Assembly (NCBI RefSeq): GCF_018350175.1
Contig: NC_058368.1
Span: 55,182,001 to 55,246,000, forward strand
Length of the DNA: 64,000 nt
Direction of reading: 5' to 3'
Origin: Felis catus
Taxonomy: Eukaryota
The notes under the pieces were generated by a model. It saw only the letters and a program-made list of their open reading frames with translations, did no database searches and had not been told where the DNA came from. The position numbers were made by a program, and so were the translations under genes. This document shows, piece after piece, positions 13,140 to 27,834 of the stretch (position 1 is its first letter; every line of letters starts with the position of its first letter).

Positions 13140-14115
13140 ATAAAAAATAAACTCCAATTGGACTAAAGATTTGAACATAACTTTTGAAACCATAAAACTC
13201 CCGGAAAGAAATGTAATGGTAAGCTCCTTGACATTTGTCTTGGTAATGATTTTTTGGATTTGCTCCCCATGAGCAAAGGAAACAGAAGCAAACATAAACA
13301 AGTGGTACTACAGCAAACTTAAAAGCTTCTGCATAGCAAAGAAAACCACCTACAAAACGAAAAAATCAACCTACAGAATTAAAGAAAATACTTGCAAATC
13401 TCATATGTGATAAAGCGTTCATATACAAAACACAAAAGAACTCAGAATCATACAATTCAATAGAAAAAAATCTATTTTTTTAATAGAGGAAAATCTCTAT
13501 GGAGATTCCTCAAAAACTTAAAAATAGAACCACCTTGTGATTCAGAAATTCCACTACTGGGTACATATCCAAAGAAAACAAATCACTATCTCAAAAAGGT
13601 ATCTATACCCAATGTTCATTGAAGCATTATTTACAATAGGCAAAACATGGGAACACTTAAGTGTCCATTGACAGATAAATAGATAAAGAAAATATGATAT
13701 ATATATATCACATTTATTTTAAATTATATACATAATTATCATGTGTTGATATTGCATATACTGGTAAATTAACAGCATAGTATCAAACTAGTTAATTTTA
13801 ATAGTATGTAAATTTAAGGAGACAAACAAATCCACAATCATAGTAGGAGATGTAAACGTTTTTTTTTTTCACCAAAATCATTTGTGATTGCTTTAGGATA
13901 TCAGTCTCTACCTGAGTATAAATTTTCCATACGTCATTTCAAAAATATACATGTATGTATATATTTGCGACAATATAAATGAAATTTGAGGGTATTAAGC
14001 TAAATGAAATAAATGAGACAGAGAAAGACAAATACCATATAATTTCACTTATATGTGGAATTTAAAAAGCAAAACAAAGAAACAAACAAACCAAAAACAG
14101 ATGTTTAATTACAGA
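13140..14115 (+). mobile_element. L1 ORF2 3' part and 3'UTR
   Basis: AAAAGCTTCTGCATAGCAAAG; TATGGAGATTCCTCAAAAACTTAAAAATAGAAC; CAGAGAAAGACAAATACCATAT. Confidence 0.85.
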
Positions 14116-15219
14116 GTAGTGTCTTAGATTTATAGCTTTATAATGGTCCTATTTTAAACTGCTTCTATGATTAAATAATTTAGAACACATTGAGTGTTGG
14201 CAATTTTAAAAGTATTTTGATATTGTTTTCCTTTTGGAGGTAAATGAAGCATTTGTTCTTTTGGAATGAAGGCTGTCATATTGAATGAAATGTATTTTTG
14301 TATGTATGGATTTCAAAAAAATATGATCATCTGATAATGCATAATGATATATATTATATACCCTAACTATAAAAATGGCTTATGTTCTTTAACATATTTA
14401 TGAACTTAGATGATACTTTGTTAATATGTTTTGTTAGGGAAAATTCCCTATAATCTTAGTATTTTGAAGTTTCAAGAATGGATTAAGTTTATAAAGAATT
14501 ATAAAAGGTTATTAAAATAATCCATTTCGTAAGGTAGACCATTCAACATATTAATGCTTAATTACATATGAAAAATAAATTTTAAGGTATACATTATAAT
14601 GCTTAAAAAAAGAAAAACAAAGTCAATTTTTTGGTTAGAGCCCTGGGTCTGGCATCCACATTGAATCAATACACTGTCAGTGAAATGATCAATAATGTAA
14701 CATTTAACATGAGAAACTTTACTATTTTATGGTAAGAAAATAAAATCTAAAAATCAACTTGAAACCAGAGGTCTATTACTAATGACATTAAACTCTAGCA
14801 CATTATACATGCTGTCTTCAGAAAATAAAGCTTGTTGAAAGGCCAATTATATTATAAAATAATGAACCCCAAAATTTCCCAAAATGTGAAAAATTTCCTT
14901 AAATTAAAAACAAAAAAAGATTTTCTTTATTGTAAAATTTTGTCCATCAGATAATGCCATTAAAGACCATTATTTTCAAACTTAACATAATATCATTTGA
15001 TAGTTCACATTTTAAAGTTGAAAAAAGACAAATTTTTAAATAGCATGCTTGGGCTACATTATAAGCCTAAGTTAATGTCATTTACAGATCACTGGGGTTT
15101 TTGGCTTCACACTACAATGGCCTCATCCAGAGAAAAGAGGCTGACAAAATCTAATTAGGACTTGTAGATGTGACGAACCCTGGTTGCTAAAAGCTGAAAT
15201 GGCATTGATCTAAACAGTA

Positions 15220-15630
15220 CCATGGCGCGGTGGAATGAGCAAGGGTTCAGAGTTACACGAAAAGGTTATGTTTAGAAATTTTATCATTACCAGTTTTGTC
15301 ACCTGGGAAAGTTATTTGATGTCTCAGCACCCTGTTATCTGCCTCTGCAAAATCTGCAATGCCGTTGTACATTTTACGTGAGGTGCCGGTAGTGTAGAAT
15401 AGTAGTTAACACAATAAACCCTGCAATCAGACAGACGTGGTGGAGATGACACCACAACTTAGTACATCTGTCACAGTGAGCCAATCCTGTAGTTCTTGGT
15501 CCTGGAAGATAACAATATTTATTTAATGTTTTCTTATGGATGTTTTAAGGAGGTCAGGAAACCCTGAATGCATCTCTTATCACAGTACCTGGCCCATAGT
15601 AATTGCAGTGAATTTTAACTATTATCATAG
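15220..15630 (+). mobile_element. Two degenerate MIR copies
   Basis: CACCTGGGAAAGTTATTT...CTCAG; TCAGACAGAC; CACAGTACCTGGCCCATAGTAA. Confidence 0.55.
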
Positions 15631-16871
15631 GTAGAATGCTTATATGCTACACTGTTCCTGCCTCATAACTATGCTCAAAAAGATCATCCCATTATGCTCT
15701 ACTTCATTATTTATTGCTATTAATAATATACTTAAGGCACAAATTTCGTGACAAGTCTATGCTTTTGGAGGCATGTGAATATTGGTTTCATCACTGACCA
15801 GATATTTGATTTTATGCAAGTACATGTTTGCTTGGAAACTTATGATTTGGTAAAAAGTTGCTTATGCAAGTAACTGCCTCAGATATAGGTGGAGGTGTTG
15901 GGGAAATGGCTTGGTAGGATACAGCAAGTTAAAATGCTCTGCACTCAACATGTCCATGAATGTGAAGGCTGGAGAAAGCAGAGTGACTAAAGTCGAGAAG
16001 AGATAAGAACTCACATTGTCAGAAATACCTTAATATTATTTAACTGTATTTTTTTTAAATATTCAATTCTAGTTATTTGCATTTCTTTGGATTTTGTGAT
16101 TATTGTAACTGCTGTTTTGTTTGTTCTTTATGGAATTAAAGGAAAGGATTGACAACCACATCAATGTTATTTAAGCTCATTATAATCTGTATATCTGTAC
16201 AGAAATCAAAGACTGGTGGTGTGAACAGTTCATTGACTCTTGCAGCAGAGGCAGAAGTTCATAGCCAGGTGGGAATTTGAAAACTCAGATTACCTCTATC
16301 TTATTGAACATGGCATAAGATTGCAGGAAATTTCACTTGAAGCTCAAAAGGAGATACATCTCTGCTGACATCTGGTTACAGAAGTGTCCAAACCAATTGT
16401 GAAATACAGTTTCCTAGTGGGTAAAATGGGAGCAAATGAGAGTTACCCTACCAGTTTTTGTATAAAATGTAAATGCCACGAAGGCTGGAAATTGCTGCAT
16501 TTTGTTCTTCATTAGATGTCTAAGATTTAACCCAGAAGTGAAAAAAAGTATTTATTCTAAAGTTTACATAACATTACCTAAAAAACAACCATATGTAATA
16601 CCGAGCACATAAAAATAACTAGGCAGTGTTAGTTTAAATCTTTCATTTCATATTTTAATATTTTATGAGTAAATAGAGTTAATGTACTTAAAAAAATATG
16701 TCCATTACTTATGTGAGTGCCTGTAGGTGAGCATCATGATTCGCACTATAAATACAAGAGGAGCCAGAACTGTCCCATACACGTGATATTAATAGATGGT
16801 TTTAAATATAATTTCAATTTCACAGGAGAAAAAAATGAATAGAAAAAAATAAATTGTTAAACTTTAGTTAC

Positions 16872-17096
16872 TTTTTTTTTTTTATTTTTTTTTCAACGTT
16901 TATTTATTTTTGGGACAGAGAGAGACAGAGCATGAACGGGGGAAGGGCAGAGAGAGAGGGAGACACAGAATCGGAAACAGGCTCCAGGCTCTGAGCCATC
17001 AGCCCAGAGCCTGACGCGGGGCTCGAACTCCCGGACCGCGAGATCGTGACCTGGCTGAAGTCGGACGCTTAACCGACTGCGCCACCCAGGCGCCCC
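16872..17096 (-). mobile_element. Young feline CAN-SINE
   Basis: Near-consensus, CpG-rich; TSD AAACTTTAGTT. Confidence 0.97.
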
Positions 17097-17387
17097 AAAC
17101 TTTAGTTCCTTTTTTATTGCAAGCTGAAATAAATTTTAAAAGGCCTTGCAGTTATGAAATAATTATACAATTATTAAGAGGATTTAAATAAATATTTTTG
17201 ACTTTTGTCTCATTTATACTATGAGAGGAAATTAGGATTTCTATATTTATCATTTCTGATGATTCCAAACACAAATTATTGTTTTGCACATTTACTTTTA
17301 TGACACCTCCTACAAAATAAATCAAAATCTCAAAAATGCATATAGAAAACGTCAAATTAAGATGAATGTTGAAAATAAAAAAATAAC

Positions 17388-17622
17388 GGGCCCCTGGGTG
17401 GCGCAGTCGGTTAAGCGTCCGACTTCAGCCAGGTCACGATCTCGCGGTCTGTGAGTTCGAGCCCCGCGTCGGGCTCTGGGCTGATGGCTCAGAGCCTGGA
17501 GCCTGTTTCTGATTCTGTGTCTCCCTCTCTCTCTGCCCTTCCCCCGTTCATGCTCTGTCTCTCTCTGTCCCAAAAATAAATAAACGTTGAAAAAAAAATT
17601 TAAAAAAAAATAAAGAAAGAAA
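17388..17622 (+). mobile_element. Young feline CAN-SINE
   Basis: Near-consensus; TSD GAAAATAAAAAAATAA. Confidence 0.97.
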
Positions 17623-17959
17623 GAAAATAAAAAAATAATACTAAATTCCTGTTAACCAGGGATATAGAAGACAATGTAAACAAGTAAAATTTCAAATCCC
17701 ATGAATAATAATTTTTATGTTCTCATTAAATTTTTTTAAAAATCAGAGATTATCAAATCCCATCATTTTTTCATCAGTTGTAATGTTTTTGATGTCTTGT
17801 ATAAATCTGCTTAAACCTCTACTGATAATTTTCCTTGGATATTGCACAACAATGTATTTTGGACTTTCTTTCTTATTCTCCTGAGTTGAATCCACTCTGT
17901 TGATTGTAGGTATTCTTATTTTCTGTTCCTTCCCTTGTGCATTTTTCCTGTTTGTTTAC

Positions 17960-17972
17960 ATATATATGTAAG

Positions 17973-18012
<40 letters not shown>

Positions 18013-18145
18013 GTATATATAATATATAGATGATCCTGATATAATATATATATAATGGAATATATATCACATTTTACATATTATATCTGTTATATATAAT
18101 ATAAATGTAAAATATATAATAGATTTAAATATACATTATATAGAT
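17960..18145. repeat. (TA)n-rich tract
   Basis: Visible periodicity. Confidence 0.85.
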
Positions 18146-20251
18146 TTTAAGTGATCCTCACATAATATCTTACGATATTGAATTTTAACATATCTATAAG
18201 CAATCTAGCAACAGATTTGATTGAGCTATGGTCTGGGTATAGAATTTAACATTAAATTGAATTTTTTCCCTCAGAAATTTGAAATGAATATATCATATTA
18301 TATTATCCTGTGCTACTCAAGATGTGTTTGGTAATAATATAATACTCTTTTGTCCTCTTTAGAGAAGTGTAAAATTTTCTCTTACCCTTAGGCTCTGAAC
18401 TTTTGCAGTTTGTCTAGGTCTGGGTCTTACTGTCTTCTAATTAGTAGTATGGGTAACTTCTATCAACGTGGAAATGTGCCCTAAGACTATAAACATTTTC
18501 TCCTCCTATCTTTTCCTCCACTCATTTTGGATATTTTTCTTATTTTTTACTTAGGATTTTGTGTGTCTTTGCTATTCACATTTGTTCTCTATCAGGTTCA
18601 TTAATTAATAATAAGATTATTAGTTTTGAATGTATGTTATTTTAATAGTTCTTTCCATATGTTAATTTTTATTACGTAGTTGTTCTTTCATGGTTGTACC
18701 ACATTCTTGATTCTTTTCAATACCAGTAGAGTTGTACATTTGTGCACAAATGCCCATATGTTTATGCAGGCCCTTTTGAGCATCTTTCATTCCTAGAAGC
18801 ATATGATTTTCCTTTAGATCAATTTTTATATTACCTTACTGTAATATCTATGATGTTGTAAATATAGTTATTGGTTTATAATTAATTTCTTAAAAATAGT
18901 TTATTCATGTATTGTTTTAAATGAGTGATAAAATCACTATGGTTTTTATATTCCATTAAATATATTAAAAGAAGGGATGGGGCATTTTTATTATAAAATG
19001 TCAATAGTTTACAGTAAGCCAAAAATAATGGCATAATTTGTGGTTTGCAGTTAATTTTAAGGGATATAACAACAATGAATAGATATTTCAGTGTTCTGTG
19101 CCTATAAATGGGGCTTTTAAACTGATAGGCTTTACTTTTGATTTATCACATAAAAGTGAGGCTTCACGTGGGAAAGATACTAAATATAAGCATTTTGAAA
19201 AAAATTGCTCAGGGCCCTGTAAGAAAATTAATTTTTTATCCTATATGCCTCTCTATACAGATTTTGTATGGAGAATGGGGTTGCGAGTCAATATACTTTC
19301 TCTCTAGGAATGCTTTACATTAATGACTGTTTTTTCAGTCCTGCATCTAACTTCTGCCCTTAGCTCACCTAACACTGCAGTGATCTCAGCCTTTCAACGT
19401 ACTGAGTAGAGTAACTCCTCTTTTGGCCATATCTTCCTCCACGAATATTGTTAGTTATCAGCTTTCTCCTCCCTTAACCCAGCAGTTACCACTGTTCCAA
19501 CTTCTTTACTTCTTCTTCCTTGATAAATTTGATGTGCTTTTGGCCCATTTTATATCTCTTTGTTGTTGTGGATATATAAATCAGAAATATTACGTTAAAT
19601 TTATGCCCTTAGAAATTTGTGGACTACAAGAATTTAGATGAGATTATCTGGCCATTATCAAACTAAATGCCCTTATTATTAGAATTTTTATCAAATTTAA
19701 ATTATTTTCCTCCAAAGTATAGTTATTAATAAACCTTTCTCTCAGTATCACATTCATACAGACTAAAAGACAAACTATAATTGAATTATAGATGATGCTC
19801 AATTAAAAATATGATAGGCATTTGAAGCATGAATGGTTGAACACATTTGTGAGTGTAGGCAACAGATGTTTATTTGAACTCTCTAGTAAATTTATCTATC
19901 AATAAGGCAATTGCATTTAGGCTACTTTTATCTTACAACATTGTTCATTCTGTATATTTCAAATATTTAATTGAAATTTTACAATTTACTACTGAATATA
20001 CACGTAGGCAGGTTGAGATTTCAGTTAGCAAAATAAATGATGATTTCAGTTAGCATTTGTATGGCTCTCACAAAATTCCAAGTACAGGTATATAGATTAT
20101 TTTCAGTGAGTATATTAATTGAAATTGAAAATAAATTAATTGATTTCTTTGTTTTTCTATAAATGATGTCAAATGGAATTGTGTTACTGTAAAACTAATA
20201 TTTGTTCAGTGCCTATATTCTAGGTTTTTCATTGACATCTGTCTGATATAT

Positions 20252-20522
20252 TATTTATTTATTCATTCATTCATTCATTCATTCTTTATTTAAATTCCAG
20301 TTAGTTAACAAACACTGTAATATTCAGGTGTAGAAGTTAGTGGTTCATCACATACAACACACAATGCTCACCACAAGTGTCCTCCTTAATACCCATCACC
20401 TATTTTTAACTCATCTACCTGCCCACCTTCCTTCCAGTAACCCTTATTTATAGTTAAGAATCTGTTTCCTGGTTTGCTTCTCTTTTTTCCCCCCATATGT
20501 TTATCTGTTTTATCCACATATA
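20252..20522 (-). mobile_element. Carnivore L1 3'-end fragment
   Basis: CCAGTTAGTTAAC...ACAAGTGTCCTCCTTAATACCCATCACC. Confidence 0.8.
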
Positions 20523-21179
20523 TAAATAAATGAATAAATTTAAAAATTTCTTATGATCCTTGATTTTTAATTTTAATGAGAAAACTAAACTTCCAAGTGT
20601 GAAAACAACTTATACAAAAGCTGTTCTATTAGTAAGTCATAAGAAAAAAACGGAAGTCCAGATTATTTGTTAGTAGCTGATACTTTCTCTCTCACCTCTG
20701 GTTGTATTTCACTTTGTCACAAGTAATCAATCTAGAAAATATCAATTACATTCAAGAGCAAAGATGAGCCTACCACTTTAATTCCTCAAAAATTTTGATG
20801 GAGTCACATGCTTTAATACCCCCAAATGTAAGTGAGAAACTCACTGTGTGCATACTCCAAATCTACTCTTTGAACATGAATACACAGTTAATCTGAACAG
20901 TATTTTTGAAATAATAAGACTCTTCCACCAAGGTACAGGTCAATTCTGCCACCAAAACTTTTACTCATTTTAACAACTTCTTATCCTTTTACCATTAGAT
21001 TATTCATACGTTTGTTCATTTAATAAAAATCTAGGTACTATTAATAAGTATATTAAAACATAGCCAACTTCAGGAGAAATCATGAAATTATAATTTTGTA
21101 GATTATCAAGCTTTTTCTTGTTGATTCTATAGAAATAAAAATTCGGAAAGGTATTTTGTAGACTGTAAAATCATGGACA

Positions 21180-21457
21180 TTAGCCTCTTCACCCTGCTTC
21201 CTCACTCTACTAATTGCCTGGAACTTAAGTGAGATTCCCTGAGGCATAGCAGCCACTTTTAAATCATGAAGATAAAAGTTAAGTGTTAAGGTAAACAGAA
21301 CATGAAAATAAGTAGATTTAGGATTCTTTATGATGGTGTACCTGATTCCCTACTTCCATTTATCTTGATATTTAAAGAATTTTTTTTCCCCTACCTGTTT
21401 AAACCATTCTTGATGAAGCATCCTGTGGCTTGCCAAACAAAATCTTACTTGGTAAAG
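21180..21457 (+). mobile_element. Old MaLR LTR fragment (MLT1J/K-like)
   Basis: TGCCTGGAAC...GCAGCCACTTT...CATGAAG...CCCTACCTGTTTAAACCA. Confidence 0.45.
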
Positions 21458-21526
21458 ATTAGATCCAATAATTTTCACATAATCTAAGTTGTACTTATGG
21501 GAAAAGAGCTACAAAAAGACATCCTA

Positions 21527-21740
21527 GGGGCGTCTGGGTGGCTCAGTCGGTTAAGTTTCCAATTCTTGATTTTGGCTCAAGTTGTGAACTCACAGTTGGT
21601 GAGATCAAGCCCTGACTCTGGCTCCATCCTGTCAGCATGGACCCTGCTTGGGGATCCTCTCTCTCCCTCTCTCTCTCTGCCTTTCCCCTACTTGTGTGTT
21701 CTCTCTCGCTCAAAATAAGTAAATAACGTTAAAAAAAAAA
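21527..21740 (+). mobile_element. CAN-SINE
   Basis: Consensus match; TSD AAAAAGACAT. Confidence 0.93.
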
Positions 21741-22782
21741 GACATTTTAACATATTGGATGTCACAGTAATTATATCATAGCAATGCCTTTGCTGAAGCC
21801 AATAAATATTAGTTTAGTTTACAGGTGAATAAAAATTCAGTGTTTATGAAATAAATTTATTCTATAGGATCAATGAAAATTACTAAAATTAGTCATTGGA
21901 ATATATTTGTAAATAACGTTACAGGGCTTTATAGGGTATATCCAAATATTTAAGTGGTAAAATTTCTTTCAATATTTTCTCATCTAGGTTTATCTATTCA
22001 TTTACCCATGGGAGCTTTATTAATATTTTTATTAGAATGGAGTTAAACTTTTAATTTACCAAATAAATGTACAAAAAATCTGCACCAGTACTGAAAACAT
22101 ATAATATACTATAAATTTGTATAAACTTAAATCAATAGGATATTAAAGACTGACCCCTAAACTTAATAATGAGTAGCAGAGAGCCATTTAGATTTCCCTG
22201 TCCTAAAATGCCCCAATTTTAGAGCATGAACAGATGGGGAAACACGAGAGAGATAGGAACCATTTCACCAGGGATACTGCTAAGCATATTTTAGCTGCTA
22301 AAGTTCATGGCTATTTTTGGTGATTCAAGGATATTTAAAGGTTAAAAAAAAAATGATGGTATGCTGGCAGTGTCCTTGCTTGACATACCAGAGCCAGCCC
22401 TTCCAAGTGGCAGGACAGACCTGCATTTTAGAATCATTTTGAAAGGGCCTAGCACTATACTCTCATAACTGGCCCACAGCCCAGCCTGGAGAAGATCCTC
22501 CAAATACCCAGTGGGTTGATGCTTCATCATGCTGTTCTCATCCCTCTTCAGGGACCTTTCAAACATTGATCAAAATAACCCAAACACTTCTCCTACCACC
22601 ACTGGCTGCTACTCCATAATTTTTCAACTGGAAAAAAGTTCTCTGTATATACATACTAAAATATATTTGCAAATGCATTTTTTAGATGAGCTCATGTATT
22701 TCAAGTTAACAGAGACAAAAGCAAACATAACTAGGCATATCACAACAAAAAGATGCAGTGGGAACCAAACAATTCTTTAAAC

Positions 22783-22996
22783 TTTTTTTTAACATTTTTA
22801 TTTATTTTTGAGAGAGAGAAAGAGACAGAGTGTGAGCGGGGGAGGGGCAGAGACTGAGGGAGGCACAGAATCCGAAGCAGGCTCCAGGCTCCGAGCTGTC
22901 AGCACAGAGCCAGATGCGGACTCGAACTCACAAGCCATGAGATCATGACCTGAGCCGAAGCTGGATGCTTAACTGACTGACCCACCCAGGCACCCC
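22783..22996 (-). mobile_element. CAN-SINE
   Basis: TSD CAAACAATTCTTTAAA. Confidence 0.95.
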
Positions 22997-23353
22997 CAAA
23001 CAATTCTTTAAAAATATATGATGACTGACAGAAATAGCACCAAATATATCATTTATAAGTATCAGAGTGGAAGAAATATTCTCACTTAATGATAATAATT
23101 ATATTCTGAATAAAACTTGATAAAGTGACTGCATAACATGTCTCAAAATTTACTATAAAAGCTAATAATTATTTATTACTATGGATTTCAGTCATATAGC
23201 AATAAAAATTATAATATCCTGAGATTATTTAAAAGGCTGAAAAGAATATATAAATAACAACAACCCTGTCATGTTTTGCTGTGTGAATTCATGGTTGGTA
23301 TTAAGGGTGTAGGTAGAGAAGGAAGATGTTGTATTGTAATTTCATACTTAAAG

Positions 23354-23385
<32 letters not shown>

Positions 23386-23386
23386 C
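23354..23386. repeat. (CAA)n microsatellite
   Basis: About 11 units. Confidence 0.95.
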
Positions 23387-24990
23387 CAGGTTTGCAGTCC
23401 AGAATATAAGGAGCTTAGAAGTTGCTAGTTCATCCTAATGACAAGTAAAAAGCTGAACAAACTGAAAAATCAATAACTAGTCTTGGATATGGCAGAGAAA
23501 TGAAGTCAGGGGGCAAGATACTGCCCCTCAAAGTTGGATAGACTGGTGGACACAGTCACAACTTACACAGTGTAGGGGCAAAGGCTTTCCAGAAGTCAGA
23601 GACTAATCACAGGACACTGCCCATCTCCCCACACGCTGCCCACACATCACCGAAGACCTGTTTACTGCAGTTCCTTTTATGCAGTACCGCATACCCACCT
23701 TGTAACAAAGTTTTAAAGATACTAAAAGGCAAAAACACAGTTTACAGAGACTTAAAAAGCAACAAAAGCAAAGTCAGATATGGCAGGAATGTAGGAATTT
23801 TTTAAAACCTCTGATTAATATAAAGGGCTTTAATGGTAAAAGTGGACAACATGCAAGAACAGATGGGCATTGTGAGCAAATAAATAGAAATTCTAAGAAA
23901 AACAAGACAAAAATAAATGCTAGAGATATAAAACAAAGAAACAGAAAAGAAAAATGCTTTTGATGGGCTGGACACAACTGAGGAAGGCATCTGTGAGCTT
24001 GAGGATATGACAGTAGAAACTTCCAAAACTGAAAAGCAAAGAGAAAAGACTGTAAAAATAAACAACAGAATAGAACACTCTCAAACTGTGGTACTACAGT
24101 GGTATAATGGGGATGCCAAAAGGAGAAGAAAGAAAGAAAAGAAAAGAAGCAGTATCTGAAGTAGTAATGACTGAGAATGTCCCCAATTAATGTCAAACAC
24201 CAAGCCATAGATCTGGGAAACTCAGAGAACACGAAGGGAGATGGACGCTAAAACACTACCTAGCTATATTCGCATTTCATATAAACACTACCTAATTACA
24301 TCATATTAACATTTCATAAAATATAAGGAAAAAGTCTTGAAAGAAACCAGGCAAAGAAAATATCTTACTTAGAGTGGAGGCTTTATTTGTATGCCAAATC
24401 TTGGGAACACCAAGATGTCCTAGGTTAATGGATAAATGAATTTTGTTGGATCTAGACAGAGGAATATTATTCAAAGATACAAATAAATGAGCTGTCAAGC
24501 CATCAAGACATGGAGAAACCTTATATGCATATTACTAACAGAAAGAAACCAATTTGAAAAGGCTTATATCCTGTTTAATGTCACCGATATGACATTCTGG
24601 GAAAGGCAAAACTATGGAAAAAATAAAATGATCAATGGTGGCCAGAGGTTATGGAGAAGGTGGGATGAATAGGTTTAGGGCAGTGTACATATACATATAC
24701 ATTTTTAGGGCAGTGAAAAATGTATATGTAACTATACATTTGTACAAGCACATAGAATATATAGCACCAAAAGTGAACCCTGATGTAAACTACAGTCTTT
24801 AGGTGATAATCATTTTTCAACCTTCGTTCAATTATAACAAATGTACCATTATGATGTGAAATGTCAATAGTGGGGGTTTTATGGGAGTGGGTGAAGAGGG
24901 AGTAGTGTATGTGGGAGCTCTCTGGATTTTCTGCTCTATTTGCTGTCAATCTAAAACTGTTTACTAAAATAAAGTTGATTAACTAAAAAA
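23387..24990 (+). mobile_element. Internally deleted L1 (L1MC/MD-like): 5' end, ORF1, then 3' end
   Basis: AAAGTGGACAACATGCAAGAACAGATGGG; GGAAACTCAGAGAACAC; AAAGTGAACCCTGATGTAAACTA; ends AATAAAG. Confidence 0.8.
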
Positions 24991-25713
24991 GCACTATTTT
25001 ACCATGCAGCTACGCTGACTTTTAGTAATAGTTAATGTACTATATCAATATGATCATACAAAAGGCAAACTCCACTTTGGAAGGTTTTTGTCATTGTCCG
25101 TAAGACCACATCTTTCCCATTATCGAGGGAGGCCTACCAAATGCTCAAGAGTGCTTTGATTTCTGAGTCAAGTATAGATTTTATAATTAATGTGAATAAA
25201 AATATTACCACTATGACAAAAAAAAAACCTACCAAATGCTCAGAGAATAATTACCTTGAATTAGATTTAGGATGCATGATCTCCTTTTTATTTTTTATTA
25301 TTATTTTTTAAGGTAATCATAAAGAAATGTATGTTATTACTTTATCAAAACATTCTTCTAGAATCCTGAAATTCATTCATTACTGCATTTATAGATATGC
25401 AAGTAATTTTATATAATGTTCAAGTATACTGATGCTATGCACAGTGTTTCCAAAAATTTATGTTCATGTAATTAGCCTATCTTTATAAAGAGGTGGAGTC
25501 ATCATTTGTGTCGTAAGAGATTCTTCGCATCACTCCATCTATAAACCTCATATCTGTCTTCCCCTTCTCCCATCCCCACATCTTGCACATACCTTTCAGC
25601 CATTTATTTCATAGATTTTTAGGGTCTCTTTCACATTAAGAATATTTCTCTGGTTCCATTTGCAATAAACTGCATTTCCTGATAATCTTCAGGGGGTAAA
25701 AGTTGTTTGTTTC

Positions 25714-25907
25714 TTTTTTAAAGTTTATTTATTGATTTTGAGAGAGAGATCTGGGGAGGGGCAGAGAGAGGGAGAGAACGAATCCCAAACAGGCTCCACA
25801 ATGTCAGCCTACAGCCCTCCGCAGGGCTCGAACTCATGAACCATGAGGTCATGACCTGAGCTGAAATTGAGTCCAAAGCTTAACCAACTGAGCCACCCAG
25901 GAGCCCC
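25714..25907 (-). mobile_element. CAN-SINE
   Basis: Consensus match; degenerate TSD CAGGGG..AAAAGTTGTT. Confidence 0.93.
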
Positions 25908-27834
25908 CAGGGGAAAAAAAAGTTGTTATTTGAATATCTACATAAACACACTATTTATATGATACTTCTGAATGTGAATAAAGCACTTTTTTCCCCCAAT
26001 TCTAATGTTAATTCTCGGTAGCACCAGAATTTAATTCTGATTCTTTTGAAGTCTTACACTTTTAGGTTTATTTTGAATTGCTTTTCAATCAGTGACACGT
26101 AGACCACTAATCAGTAAAAAATGAAATGAGATATACCTATAAAGGTAAGAAAAAAAAGGAAAGCATGTTCACTAGTTTTATTCCTTGATGGCTGAGGTAA
26201 TCGTACCAGTGAGTTTGTTCACTTCACATATAATGCATACAAAACCCAGGAGACCATAGTTAATAGAAAACCTTCATTAGACCTCACCTGCATGTTCAAA
26301 GAAGTTGGATTTTCCTTCTGAATACAAATTTTAGTCCAAAGAGAAAAGGAAATTTAGTTTCTTTTGCTTTGACTTTTTCCCAGGCCTGGAGGCTAAATAC
26401 TGTCTTTAAAATGTGTCAGTGGCAATATCTAAATGGGAAAAATTAATGAATTATTCTACCATGATTTTTAACCACAGCATGTAAAAATTAAAGTTAAGTA
26501 ATGCATTGAAAAATCATGGCAAAGTGTCATTATTGAGATGCGTAGATGTACCATAACCAAATATCAATTTGTACTTTGAAGGTTTGTGTACTACAAAGCA
26601 GGGTCAGCTATTTTACCTAACATTTAAATGCATTTACTGATATAATCGTCAAGATCTAGGAACTTTCTCACATGCTAATGAGAATTACAAAAAACCTTAA
26701 TTTCACGCATTACAAGTCAACATTGTTAGCACTGATACTGAAATTAATAAAAAAAACAATTTTCTCACTGAAAAAAACAATGTAAAGAACATATGCAAAA
26801 GTAGATAAGGACATGCATATGCAAAAATAAGAAATAAGGATTTAATGAAAGAATATTATCTTTAGTTGAAACTCAAATGCGTGGCTTCTGGACCTACTTC
26901 TGACCCCACCATTATGTGGAAGTATTGCTTTCAGGAGATGAGGTTTTTATAACTTATAAAAAATTCCATTTGTATCCCTATAAATTGAGGACTGAAGTCC
27001 AGTGCTTCTTCCACACCTGAAATTAAAAAAAATAAAACTATGCATTCTTCCTACCTACAAGTAGGAACTTGCAGGTCTATAGGAAGAAATATCCACAAAG
27101 CTTTTAGACTGGAATCTTGAAACTCGGTGATTGATTCAATATTAAGATATTATTAAATTATATTTATTTCTTCCTGACCTTGAATGTTTGTGAGAAGGGT
27201 GTTGTAAAATAGAACTTTATATTTTCAAATTACTGGTAACTGCATTGGCAATATAACACAGTCTAAGGAATTATGTTGTCCATGGCCACTAAAATGTCAT
27301 GCTAATTTAATGAAAAGTCACTGGTATTTCCTTTCTTATTTCAAAGTAGTAATAGTTAAATAAATTTTGTTTCACCATGAGATACTTAGTAACTCATTTA
27401 ACCAAATCTTTATGAATCGCAAATTACAGTATTTTTGATTTAAAAGAATTCTCAATGTAAACTCCATCTGTAATTTATGGGTAAAGAAAAATGTTAGAAA
27501 ATGAACAAAAGTCAGGTCATATAAGTAGAAATATAAACCTAAAATATTTTACTGCAATATAGCCAAAAATAAATAAAAATATTCATTGAGTCCTGATTCA
27601 TTATATATTTTTTAATATTCTAGCTAGAGTGTATATCTAGAAATGACTTGTGACATGGTTAGTGATTCCTGTTTACTTTGTATTGTTAAAGAGATTTATT
27701 TATGTACTATACACATCTGCTGTATTTATTTGTTTTTAGTTTTTATGTAGATAGTTAGAAAGATACAGAGATTTCTTTCTCATTATAGATTTTATTTTGA
27801 AAATACAGGAATGTATAGAGAAAATATTTTTTCA

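Noticed and set aside
22350..22620. GC-richer patch with short ORFs on both strands
   Set aside because: No family, splice pattern or TSD that I could support
23774..24232. 152-aa ORF on the minus strand
   Set aside because: Antisense to A-rich L1 ORF1; Phe/Leu-rich artefact
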